This document shows, piece by piece, positions 1-11,100 of a DNA stretch of 64,000 bases. The position numbers and the translations under genes were made by a program. The notes under the pieces are model-generated. The model saw only the letters and a program-made list of their open reading frames with translations, made no database searches and was not told the origin of the DNA. Numbering within the stretch: the first letter of the stretch is position 1; every line of letters begins with the position of its first letter. The stretch is from Heptranchias perlo (lineage: Eukaryota): NCBI RefSeq assembly GCF_035084215.1, contig NW_027139729.1, positions 1,426,001-1,490,000 of the forward strand, written 5' to 3'.

Positions 1-227
1 CCTATCTTCCGCCCTCTGTAAACTTGAACACCTCCAAAACTCGGTTGCCCTATTCCAAATCCCATTGGGTACCGTTCACCTGTCACCCATGTGCTCGGTG
101 ACTTACATTGGCTCCCATTCCTTTAACCGCTGTCGCGATGTAATGTATTAACGTAGACCGGGGAAAACTGTAATCAATAGGTCATTCTCTTCAGACAGTA
201 ACCAGCCCTTCCATCGATACAGTGGGT

Positions 228-243
228 GGCTCTGAAAAGAGCC
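228..243 (-). terminator. Histone mRNA 3' stem-loop of H2A
   Basis: Minus strand reads GGCTCTTTTCAGAGCC, flanked by CCAAA and ACCCA, ~30 nt after the stop codon. Confidence 0.95.
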
Positions 244-273
244 TTTGGGTTATCAGATTAAATCTTGGCCGCG

Positions 274-684
<411 letters not shown>

Positions 685-719
685 TCACAAAGAATGAAGA
701 AATCCTCCCGCACTCGCCC

Positions 720-905
720 TTCTTATACGCTCTGGAGGAGTGCAGTGGGGGCACTTGTGATTGGTTCATCTGTTCTCAAACTCATTGGTTCAATGAACAG
801 CCCAATCAGAGAGCTGTTTTATTCACCAATCAATAGCCGGCAATGAGAAAAGGGCGGAAAAAACCGAACTGAACCGTTTTTTCAAATTTGAAATGCCCGC
901 CAATA
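720..905 (-). promoter_or_regulatory. H2A promoter: TATA-like box, CCAAT boxes, CHR/E2F-like motifs
   Basis: TATAAG on minus at ~722-727; ATTGG/CCAAT at ~760, ~784, ~802, ~826; palindrome TTTCAAATTTGAAA next to GCCCGCCAA at ~880-903. Confidence 0.7.
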
Positions 906-1639
906 TATTTGTAACACAAGAAGCGGATTTAGTTAATAATGTCGCGTAAAGACAAAGATTTAAAAATCTCTCTCCTTTTACTCTTTATTCCACATTTCCC
1001 GTCACAACTTCCAGAATCTTTTACAATCCGGTTAAAATCCGGCTTCATTCACCGTTCGCTTTTAATCGGGCGGGAATAAAGTCCCATTTTGTAACGGGAC
1101 AGATTCCAGCTCAATCTTTGTAAAAGTAACAAACCACAGATTGTGGATTGATCCCTGTTCACATGAGCTGCAGCGCGATCGAAACCGGAGCCGAGACTCC
1201 TGGTGTAAGAAGTCGAACTGTGACAGAGCCTTTAGACTATTCTGTACTCGGTGTGAAGTCCCTTTCAGGGCTGCTGTTTTACAAAGGATTGCGGTTCTGA
1301 AAGTGATATTCCCGAATAATGAACAAACAAACGTGAAAAGGAGAAAGAAATGACTGAAGTCTAATCCACCGCCTGAAAACGGCTCTGAAGGGGCAGATGC
1401 GGGGGAAGGGGTGGAAAATGAACGGGAATGAGAGGATCAGGGACACGTTTTTGGTTATTGGGACTCAATAAAAAAGCGATACACAGATTAAACCGGGCTG
1501 TGATTATGAGAATCTTCCAGATTTCAAGAGAAACTACAAAAACACAAGAGTTATAGAGAGACAGTTAGTATCAAACTATCTACAGTAAAATGATTCCATA
1601 CAGAGGTGTCGGTACAGCGTCTTCAGAGAGACTGTGGGT

Positions 1640-1655
1640 GGCTCTTAAAAGAGCC
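1640..1655 (-). terminator. Histone mRNA 3' stem-loop of H2B
   Basis: Minus strand reads GGCTCTTTTAAGAGCC followed by ACCCA. Confidence 0.95.
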
Positions 1656-1691
1656 TTTGTGTTTATTTTTTTTTCAGTACATTGTGGAGTT

Positions 1692-2066
1692 TTACTTGGA
1701 GCTGGTGTACTTGGTCACCGCCTTTGTCCCTTCCGACACGGCGTGCTTGGCCAGTTCCCCGGGCAGCAGCAGGCGCACGGCGGTCTGGATCTCCCGGGAG
1801 CTGATGGTGTGCCGTTTATTATAATGGGCCAGGCGGGAAGCCTCACCCGCGATGCGCTCGAAAATATCGTTCACAAAGGAGTTCATGATGCTCATGGCCT
1901 TGGAGGAGATGCCGGTGTCGGGGTGAACCTGCTTCATCACTTTGTAGACGTAGATGGAGTAACTCTCCTTCCTCGACTTTCTCCGCTTCTTGCCGCCCTT
2001 GGCTGGTGCTTTATTCAAGGTTTTCTTGGCGCCCTTCTTGGGAGCTGCTTTCTTGTCCTCAGGCAT
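1692..2066 (-). CDS. H2B: Replication-dependent histone H2B (starts MPEDKK at ATG 2066)
   Basis: Intact ORF with [27 protein letters not shown]...AVTKYTSSK. Confidence 0.97.
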   Translation of the reverse strand: MPEDKKAAPKKGAKKTLNKAPAKGGKKRRKSRKESYSIYVYKVMKQVHPDTGISSKAMSIMNSFVNDIFERIAGEASRLAHYNKRHTISSREIQTAVRLLLPGELAKHAVSEGTKAVTKYTSSK

Positions 2067-2153
2067 TTTCAAACTCAATCTCAGACCCAGAAATGACCCA
2101 AATCCGCTCCGAGTTCGGATTAAATCGGCAGCCCCACAGCCCTATGGTAATGA

Positions 2154-2363
2154 TGATGTGGAGATGCCGGTGATGGACTGGGGTTGACAATTGTAAACAA
2201 TTTTACAACACCATGTTATAGTCCAGCAATTTTATTTTAAATTCACAAGCTTTCGGAGATTTTCTCCTTCCTCACATTTACCTGAGGAAGGAGAAAATCT
2301 CCGAAAGCTTGTGAATTTAAAATAAAATTGCTGGACTATAACTTGGTGTTGTAAAATTGTTTA
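2154..2363. mobile_element. Fold-back hammerhead-bearing Penelope-like/retrozyme-like insertion, copy 1
   Basis: Inverted arms; TSD CTATGGTAATGA at 2142-2153 and 2364-2375; terminus TGATGTGGAGATGCCGGTGATGGACTGGGG shared with copies 2 and 3. Confidence 0.85.
2277..2315 (+). ncRNA. Minimal type I hammerhead ribozyme (copy 1)
   Basis: TTTAC-CTGAGGA-A-GGAGA(AAA)TCTCC-GAAA-GC-TT-GTGAA: core boxes CUGANGA and GAAA, stems I and II, palindromic AAGCUU stem III, CUU cleavage triplet. Confidence 0.8.
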
Positions 2364-3136
2364 CTATGGTAATGAGGGATGGGGGAAGACAATGATTGTG
2401 ATTGGGACTGATGTCACAATATTTTTCCTTTATCGATCTGATTGGATATCTGAAGAAACCAATCAGATTTAATACCTGCCACCAATCACAAACACGCTCA
2501 CACTGCACATTGTCCGGTTTCAGCAATTTGTTCCGAACTGTTGCAGTTCTTCTTCCGGCCAGTAGATGTCCTCAAACCCCGGGTCATTGAAGTTTCCAGA
2601 TGAGAGAGGGACAGAAGATAAACTCATTCTTCACATTATATTGCACGAGTGGGATTTTCAAAAACTGGGAATGGAGAACATTTTATAGATAAAACATTAG
2701 TTGTAATGCTGTATTAAATGCTTGTAATGAATTTAGGGGGTATTATCTATACTGACTTTAATAAGCTTGCTGAAAGGCGGTGCAAATGGCCTTTGAATTT
2801 CCATATAGAAAGGTGTGAGGTGGTGCATTTTGCTCGCGGGAATAAGGAGGCCACATACTGCTTGGAAAATAAGAGTCTAAATGGAGTCGAAGTGTAAAGG
2901 GATTTAGGGGTACAGATTGACAAATCGTTAAAAGTAGCAACACAGGTTGATAAGTCCATAAAAAGCAAACACAGAGGTTTGTTTCTGGAGGAGTAGAATT
3001 GAAAAGCAGATAAGTTATGTTGAACTACAATTTAAACTTTCAAACCTTCTGTCAAACTGTTAAACCTTCCCTTTCTGAAATCCGTGCTGTCTATTCTTTA
3101 TTATATTTTCGGTTTCTCGATGTTTTTCTATTGCAG

Positions 3137-3361
3137 TCATGATGTGGAGATGCCGGTGATGGACTGGGGTTGACAATTGAAAACAATTTTACAACACCAA
3201 GTTATAGTCCAGCAATTTTATTTCAAATTCACAAGCTTTCGGAGGCTTCCTCCTTCGTCATTTTCACATCGTTCACCTGACGAAGGAGGAAGCCTCCGAA
3301 AGCTTGTGAATTTAAAATAAAATTGCTGGACTATAACTTGGTGTTGTAAAATTGTTTACAA
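3137..3361. mobile_element. Fold-back hammerhead-bearing insertion, copy 2
   Basis: Inverted arms; TSD TTTTTCTATTGCAG at 3123-3136 and 3362-3375. Confidence 0.85.
3272..3310 (+). ncRNA. Minimal type I hammerhead ribozyme (copy 2)
   Basis: TTCAC-CTGACGA-A-GGAGG(AAG)CCTCC-GAAA-GC-TT-GTGAA. Confidence 0.85.
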
Positions 3362-4111
3362 TTTTTCTATTGCAGCATTGAGTGAAAGATTCCATGATCA
3401 TTCCGACCACCGGCCTTTAGTTAACTGGTCTATAGTTCCCTGGACTTGTTCTATCTCCTGTTTTAAAATATAAGAATCACATTAACTGTCATCCAGTCCT
3501 CTGGCACTATTCCTTTTTGTGATGATTTTTTCTATATATGTAACAGTGCCTCTGCTGTCCCTTCCCTTGCTTCATTTAATATGCACGGATGCAATCTATC
3601 TGGACCAGGATTTTACCCACCCTTTCTAATTTAAATGTCTTGATATCTTTATTGACCTCTTCCTCTAATATCATGTTCACCCTGTTAATCTCCCGGGTAA
3701 ATACTGAGGCAAAGTAATAATTCAATATTTCTGGCATTTCGCTGACGTTATCTGTTAGTTTATCTTGTGCATCCCTTCGTGGCCCTCAGATATTCTGATT
3801 TTCCTTTTGTTATTTTTGTGCCTGTGGAATAATATACTATTTATTTTTGTATTCCTTGATAATTTGATTTCGTAGTTCCTGTTTGCTTCCCTAATTGTTT
3901 TTGTGACTTCTTCCTAACCTCTTTCCATTCGCTTTTGCCATCACCTTATTTAATATCAAAGAATGAGAAATTCCATCAGCTTGTTGTGTCTGTTCAGGGG
4001 CTGATGTTTGGGAACTGTTTATTGTCTATGATTAAAGTGCCAGAAACCAAAAGGGAGCAATTCAGTCCGAAACTCCACAGAAACACTCTATTTCTCCCTC
4101 CGAGTGAACTA

Positions 4112-4182
4112 AGGTGCTATAATGGTGAGTAGAGCTGCCTTCCAAACAGTTAATTCCAACAGGTTTGAATCCCAGTTCGCTG
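4112..4182 (+). pseudogene. Decayed tRNA-Gly(TCC) paralogue
   Basis: GGTGCTATAATGGTGAGTAGAGCTGCCTTCCAAACAGTT...GGTTTGAATCCCAG matches the intact gene at 45741-45812 but the acceptor and T stems are broken; upstream flank is also homologous. Confidence 0.7.
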
Positions 4183-4454
4183 AATTCAGAAACACCAAGA
4201 CTTGAACCGAATTTGATGATGTTCAGAGCGATAGTGTTTCCAAAACACAAACGGGTCAAATTTACATAAAAATACTTTTAAAATTCATTTATTTCTCCCA
4301 TAACGTTGAATTTAACTCTGATCCTTTGTATTATTATGTGCCCTGATCTGTACAGTGGATACGGAACACAATTGCCCGGATTCAGTGAAATTAATTGATT
4401 TTCTGAAGTCTTTCCCTCTGCTGATTCCCGTTCCTTGTTTCAATTATGTCGGAT

Positions 4455-4565
4455 TAACCTTTCTGATCTATAGAAGGGTCATAGTCCTGAACCGTTAACC
4501 CGAGCTTCCCTTCTCCACAGATGCTGCCGGACCTGCTGAGTCTTTCCAGCATTTTCGGTTTTAAT
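4455..4565 (+). mobile_element. Remnant of a second Penelope-like terminus family with a degenerate hammerhead core
   Basis: GAAGGGTCATAGTCCTGAACCGTTAAC...CCACAGATGCTGCCGGACCTGCTGAG...TTTCCAGCATTTTC, homologous to 40757-40890. Confidence 0.5.
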
Positions 4566-4934
4566 TATTTCTATATTTTATCCCTTTCACTTTTGACGGT
4601 CGCCGTTGAAACTTGCAGATTTGCGCTCAGTTTTTATTTGTGTTTCAGTTCGGTTTATTTGAATTAATATAAATCGAGTCCTGAGAAATCAGACAGAAAT
4701 CTTGTGCAATGTCGAGTGAAACATAATGGGGCAACTTTCGAATGAGCAAAACAAAAACTTTATTATGAATCAATTGTCTAATTTTTCACGGACAAAATAT
4801 GAAAAAGTACGAGAGTAGAAGTTACAGAGAGAAACTATTTCCTCACATTGCACATTGTCCTGAATCTGGAACGACGAAAGATAATGTGAATTTGTTCCAC
4901 TCTGTTACAGTTCTCACTTATGGCCAGTAGATGT

Positions 4935-6400
4935 CAGACTGCATGTGAGTTTGGGATTAATTCTCTGTCCGTCAGTCTCTGTTACTGTATGTGAGTGTGA
5001 TATTCATTCTGTATCCGTCAGTCTCCAGTACAGTCTGTGAGTGTGGGATTCATTCTGTATCTGTCAATCTCTGGTACTATATGTGAGTGTGATATTCATT
5101 CTGTATCCGTCAGTCTCCAGTACAGTCTGTGAGTGTGGGATTCATTCTGTATCTCTCAGTCTCTGGTACTGTATGTGAGTGTGGGATTCATTCTGTGACT
5201 GTCAATCTCTGGGAATGTGTGTGAGTGTGGGATTCGTTCTGTATCTGTCAATCTCTGGTGCTATCTGTGAGTGTGGGATTCATTCTTTGACTGTCAGTCT
5301 CTGGTATTTTATCTCAGTTTGGATTCATTCTGTAACTCAGTCTCTGGGCAAAGTGCAAGTCTGGATTCGTTCTGTATTCTTATTTCAGGTTACAGTATGG
5401 TGTTTCAAACTGTATCTTTAAGTCATTAATGTATGCAAATCTTTCATCTAGCATTAATTTGTAAATATGGATACAGTTTCGGATTTTATTTTAATCAAAC
5501 AACGTGTGTGAGTTTTGTTGTCGGATTACATTTTAATCACTGTGAAGATAATGTACATTTCAATCTTTTACTGTGAAATTATTGGACTGGTATTTATTGT
5601 GTAGCTCAGTCTGGGCTAATGGAATTGATATTGTATCTTTCAGTCTGACACTATGAGATTTTTCGACTGGTATGAAATGTGTGGTTCAGACTGTACTAAT
5701 GGAATTGACACTCTAACTTTCAGTCAGACACTGCGAGAGATTTTTGGACTGGTTTCTGATGTGTAGCTGAGTCTACACGAATAGGATTCACACTGTCTGT
5801 TTCAGTATGATGATGTATGTGAATTTTGGACGGTATATAATGTGTAGCTCAGTCTGCACTAATGGAATTCATACTGTACCTTTCAGTCTGACTCTGCGCA
5901 ATATATTTAGACTGGTTTGTAAGGTATAGTTCAGTCTGCACTAATGGAATTGATACTGTATCTTCCAGTCTGACACTGTGTGAGATTTTTGTGCTGGTAT
6001 GTAACGTGTCGGGCAGTCTGTACTAATCAAATCGATACTATATATTTCAGTATGATACTGTATGTGATTTTTGGACAGGTATCTAATGTGAACCTCTGTC
6101 TGCAGTAAAGGAATTGATATTGTATCTTCCACTACGATACTTTATGCGAATTTTGGACTGGTATATAATGTGCAGCTCAATCTGCACTCATGGGATTGAT
6201 AGTGTATCTTTCAACCTGACACTGAGATTTTTGGACTGGTATGTGATGTATAGCTCAGTCTGCAATAATGGGATTGATACAGTGTCTTTCAATCTGATAC
6301 TGTATGAGAATTTTCGACTGGTATCTAATGTGTACCTCAGCCTGCAGTAAAGGAATTGAAACTGTACATTTCATTCTGACACTATGAGGTTTTTGGACAT
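4935..6400. repeat. Composite satellite block: 46-bp array, spacer, ~80-bp array
   Basis: 46-mer GTGAGTGTGGGATTCATTCTGTATCTGTCAGTCTCTGGTACTGTGT at ~4935-5340; ~80-mer GAGATTTTTGGACTGGTATGTAATGTGTAGCTCAGTCTGCACTAATGGAATTGATACTGTATCTTTCAGTCTGACACTGT at ~5580-6400. Confidence 0.85.
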
Positions 6401-7427
6401 ATGTGAGTCAAATATGGGTAACATCTGAACTGGTATCTAATTTATATCTCAATGTACACTATTGTCATGAATATGGCATCTTTAAACTCATAATGTGTGT
6501 GAGTTGTGGGCTGGTATTTAATTTGAATCTTGGAGTACACTATTGTGATTCATTCTGTATCTATCGATCAGTACCATGTGTCAGTTCTACCTGGTATTTA
6601 ATTTGTAGCTAAGGCTGAACGAATGTGAGATTAACACCGTGCCTTTCAATCTGATAGTGGGTGTGATTTTGGACTGGGAAATATTTATCTGCCGGTCAGC
6701 GATACTGAGTCATTGTGAAATGGAAATTATGTCTTTCTCTCCTGCTCTCTTTGACTGTTGGATTGGGATCAGTGCGCGACTGACTATTTCTGCTGTCTGA
6801 GATTGTGGGACTGATGACTTGTCTGTGTCTCTGTGCTCTGTGAGTGATAAGGTACCTACTGTGTGTGAGAAGGAGCTGGCTGCACTGACTGCTCTTTGTG
6901 CCCCGGGTGGAGTAAACATCACACTGATTCTGGGTCCTTCAAGGATTTAACTGTAGGAAGAAAAAGTATGTCTTGTAATTCAAGAACAGGTGAAGTAGAA
7001 AATACAAAACTGATCAATTGAATCTCTGTTAATAATCATTGTAATAACCACAAATGAAAACCAGCGATACAAAGTGTCAGTGTCTGACTCCACTGCAGTC
7101 CTGCAGCACTCAGCTTCTGCACACCAGGTGTGTTGGGCTGTTTTACAACAATTTAGTGACATCCAGACACAACCCAACCGCTGCACTGATCAATGAATGG
7201 GACTACCGATGGGGACGGGACCGTTGCCCACGTCAGATTTCGAATTCCCTCTCCCTTGGAATGAACAGTTCAACCGAAACAAAACAGCCGCTGTTTAAAA
7301 TGAGTCCTTCAAACTTCTCACCTGATGCCTGCAATAGATGCTCTTTGTATAACTCCCCACATCCTTTCTGTCCGGCTCTGTTTACTGTTCAGTAACAAAC
7401 AGTAAAGTTTAATGGACAGGTATAAAA

Positions 7428-7890
7428 AAATCAGATTTAATACCTGCCACCAATCACAAACACGCTCACACTGCACATTGTCCGGTTTCAGCAATTTGTT
7501 CCGAACTGTTGCAGTTCTGCTTCCGGCCAGTAGATGTCCCCAAACCCCGGGTCATTGAAGTTTACAGATGAGAGAGGGACAGAAGATAAACTCATTCTTC
7601 ACATTATATTGCACGGGTGGGGTTTGGAGAAACTGGGAATGGAGACGAGCTGTAAGTACATTTTGTTAGACCAAACACTACTTGTAATGCTGTGTTAAAT
7701 TCTTGTGATTGATTTCGGGGGTATTGTCAATACTGAGGAAGTATGGGATAAAATAAACTTACAGAACAGCCGTGTAAATGGCCATTGCATTTCAATATAG
7801 AAAGGTGTGAGGTGGGGCATTTCGCTCGGGGGAATAAGTAGGCCACATACTGCTTGGAAAATAAGAGTCCAAATGGGGTAGAGGAGCAAT
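7428..7890 (+). repeat. Direct duplicate of ~2461-2895 (H2B upstream region plus CR1 fragment)
   Basis: Near-identical AATCAGATTTAATACCTGCCACCAATCACAAACACGCTC...GGCCAGTAGATGTCC... Confidence 0.9.
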
Positions 7891-8159
7891 GTATATCGTG
7901 TCCTGGGAAATCAGAGAGAAACACTGCGCAATGTACAGTGAAATATAATGGGGCAAATTCACAACTATCGAATGAGTGAAAGAAAAACTTTATTATGAAT
8001 CAATTGTCTTCATGTTTCACCGTCAAAATGTGCAAAAATACGAGAGTAAAAGTTACAGATAGAAACTTTCCTCACATTGCACACTGTCCTGTTTCTGTAA
8101 CCACGACAGATAATGTGAATTTGTTCCGCTCTTTTACAGTTCTCGCTTACGTCCAGTCG

Positions 8160-11100
8160 AGGTCAGTTTCTGGTACTGTATATGAGAGTGGGGTTTATTC
8201 TGTATCTGTCAGTCTCTGGTACTGTATGTGAGAGTGAGGTTTATTCTGTATCTGTCTGTCTCTGGTACCGTTTTTGAGAGTGGTGTTTATTCTGTACCTG
8301 TCTGTCTGTCTCTGGTACTGTATATGAGAGTGGGGTTTATTCTGTATCTGTCTATCTCTGGTACTGTATATGAGAGTGGGGTTTATTCTGTATCTGTCTA
8401 TCTCTGGTACTGTATATGAGAGTGGAGTTTATTCTGTATCTGACAGTCTCTGGTGCTTTATGTCAGTGTGAGGTTAATTCCATCACTGCCAGTCTCTGGT
8501 GCTGTGTGTGAGTGTGGAATTAACTATGTACTGTCTGTGTGAGTGGGATTCATTCTGTATCCGCCATTCTCTGCTGCTTTATCTCAGTGTGGGATTCATT
8601 ATGTAATTCAGTCTCTGAGACAATGTGCAAGTCTGAATTCATTCCATATTCTTATTTCAGTTCAGAGTATCGTACTTGAAACTGTATCCTTAACACTCCA
8701 AATTATATACAGTTCTTTGTCGAGTATTTGATTTGATAATATGGATACACTTTTCGATTTTCTTTAATCAAACAATGTGTGTGAGTTTTGGAGTGGTATT
8801 ACATCTTAATCTCTGAACTCTATTGTGAATGATAATGTACCTTTCAATCTGTTCATGTTGCAATTATTGGACTAGTATGTAATGTGTAGCTAAGACTGCA
8901 ATAATGGGATTAATTCTGTGTCGGAGTCTAACACTGTGAGAGACTTTTGGACTGGTGAGTAACATATAGCTCAGTCTCGGCTAATGGAATTGAAATTGTA
9001 TCTTTGAGTCTGATATGTTGTGACATTGTTGGACTGCTATATAATCTGTGGCCCTGTCTGCACTCACGGAATCGATACTGTATCTTTCAGTCTAATATTG
9101 TATGAGATTGTTGGGCTGTTATATAATTTTAGCTCAGGTGGTGTGAATAGAATTTAAACTATACCTTCCAGTCTGATCATTTATGGGGTTTGTGGACTCG
9201 TATGTAATGTGTAGCTCAGTCTGTACCAATGGTATTGATAATGTTTATTTCAGTATAACATGAGTATTACCAACATATCGAATATGTCGCTCAGTCTGCA
9301 CCAATGGAATTGAAACTGTATCTTTCAATCTGACACTATGAGATTTTTGGACTGGTATGTAATGCGCAACTCAGTCTGCAGTAGTGTGATTGTGAGATTC
9401 ATTCTGTATCTGTTAGTCTCTGGTACTGTTTGTGAGTGTGAGATTCATTCTGTATCTGTCAGTCTCTGGTACTGTATGTGAGTGTGAGCTTCATTCTGTA
9501 TCTGTCAGTCTCTGGTACTGTTTGTGAGTGTGAGATTCATTCTTTATCTGTCAGCCCCTGGTACTGTGCATGAGTGAGATTCATTCTGTTCCTGGTATGG
9601 TGTGTGAGTGTGGGATTCATTCTATATCTGTCAGTCCCTGATACTGTGCGTGAGTGAGATTCATTCTGTTCGTGGTACTGTATGTGAGTGTAGGATTCAT
9701 TCTATATCTGTCAGTCTCTGGTGCTGACTGTGAGCTTGGTGTATATTCTGCATCTGTGAGTCTCAGGCGTACGATATATAAGTGATGGATTCATTCTGTA
9801 TCTGTCAGTCTCTGGTGCTGTATGTGAATGTGGGATTCATTCTGTATCTGCCATTCTCTGCAACTTTATCTCAGTGTGGGATTCATTCTGTAATTCAGTC
9901 TCTGAGACAATGTGCAAGTCTGAATTCATTCTGTATTCTTATTTCAGTTTACAGTATCTTATTTGAAACTGTATCTTTAATACTTTAAATTATATATAGT
10001 TCTCCGTTGATTATTTAATTTGTAAATATGGATTTCTTTTGATTTTCTTTAATCAAAGAATGTGTGTGAGTTTTGGAGTAGTATTACATATTAATCTCTA
10101 AACTCTATTGTGAATGACAATGTACCTCTCAATCTGTTCATGGTGAAATTACTGGACTGGTATGTAATGTGTAGTTCAGTCTGCAATAATGGGACTAATT
10201 CTGTATCGGAGTCGAACACTGTGTGAGATTTTTGGACTGGTAAGCAATATGTAGCTCATCCTGAACTAAAGGAATTGATACTCTATCTATCAGTCTGATA
10301 CTGTATGAGATTTTTGGACTGGAATGTGATGTGTAGCTCAGTCTTCAATAATGGAAGTGATACTGAATCTTTCAATCTGATTCTCTGAGATTTTAGGACT
10401 GGTGAGTAACATGTAGCTCAGTCTGTGCTCATGGAATTGATGTTGTATCTTTGAGTCTGATAGGATATGAGATTGTTGGACTGCTATATAATGTGTGGCT
10501 CAGTCTGCACTAATGAAATCGATACTGTATCTTTCAGTCTAATGTTGTATGGGATTTTCAGTCTTGTATGTATTGTACAGCTCAGGCGGTACTAATAGAA
10601 TAGAAACTGTATCTTCCTGTCTGCTCATTTATGAGGTTTTTGGACTGGTATATAATGTGTAGCTCAGTCTGTACCAATGGTATTGATACTATTTATTTCA
10701 GTATAATACTGAGTATTTACCAATATATCTAATATGTAGCTCAGTCTGCACTAATGGAATTTATACTGTATCTTTCAATCTGGCACCAGGAGATCTTTGG
10801 ACTGGTCAGTAAAGTGTAACTCAGTCTGCAGTAATGTGACTGTGATATTCATTCTGTATCTGTCAGTTTCTGCTACTGTATGTGAGTGAAATTCATTCTG
10901 TTCCTGGTACTCTATGTGAGTGTGGGAATCATTCTGTATCTGTCAGTCTCTGGTATTGTGTGTGGATGAGGGATTCCTTCTGTATCTGTCAGTCTCTGGT
11001 ATTGTGTGTGGGTGTGGGATTCATTCTGTATCTGTCAGTCTCTCGTATTGTGTGTGGGTGAGACATTCATTCTGTATCTAACAATTTCTGATGCTGTAGA

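Larger units (their letters stand above)
2750..3960. mobile_element. Degraded CR1-type LINE fragments on both strands, flanking copy 2
   Basis: RT-region motifs (KCEVVHF..., LGVQIDKSLKVA) at ~2800-3000 on +; linker-region fragment on - at ~3400-3950. Confidence 0.6.

Noticed and set aside
1590-2096. Antisense and alternate-frame ORFs over the histone and ZNF genes
   Set aside because: Shadow ORFs caused by the codon bias and periodicity of the real genes
2154-2363. Classical MITE or pre-miRNA reading of the palindromes
   Set aside because: Arms are asymmetric, inversion points differ between copies, TSD lengths vary (12-14 bp) and a hammerhead core is present
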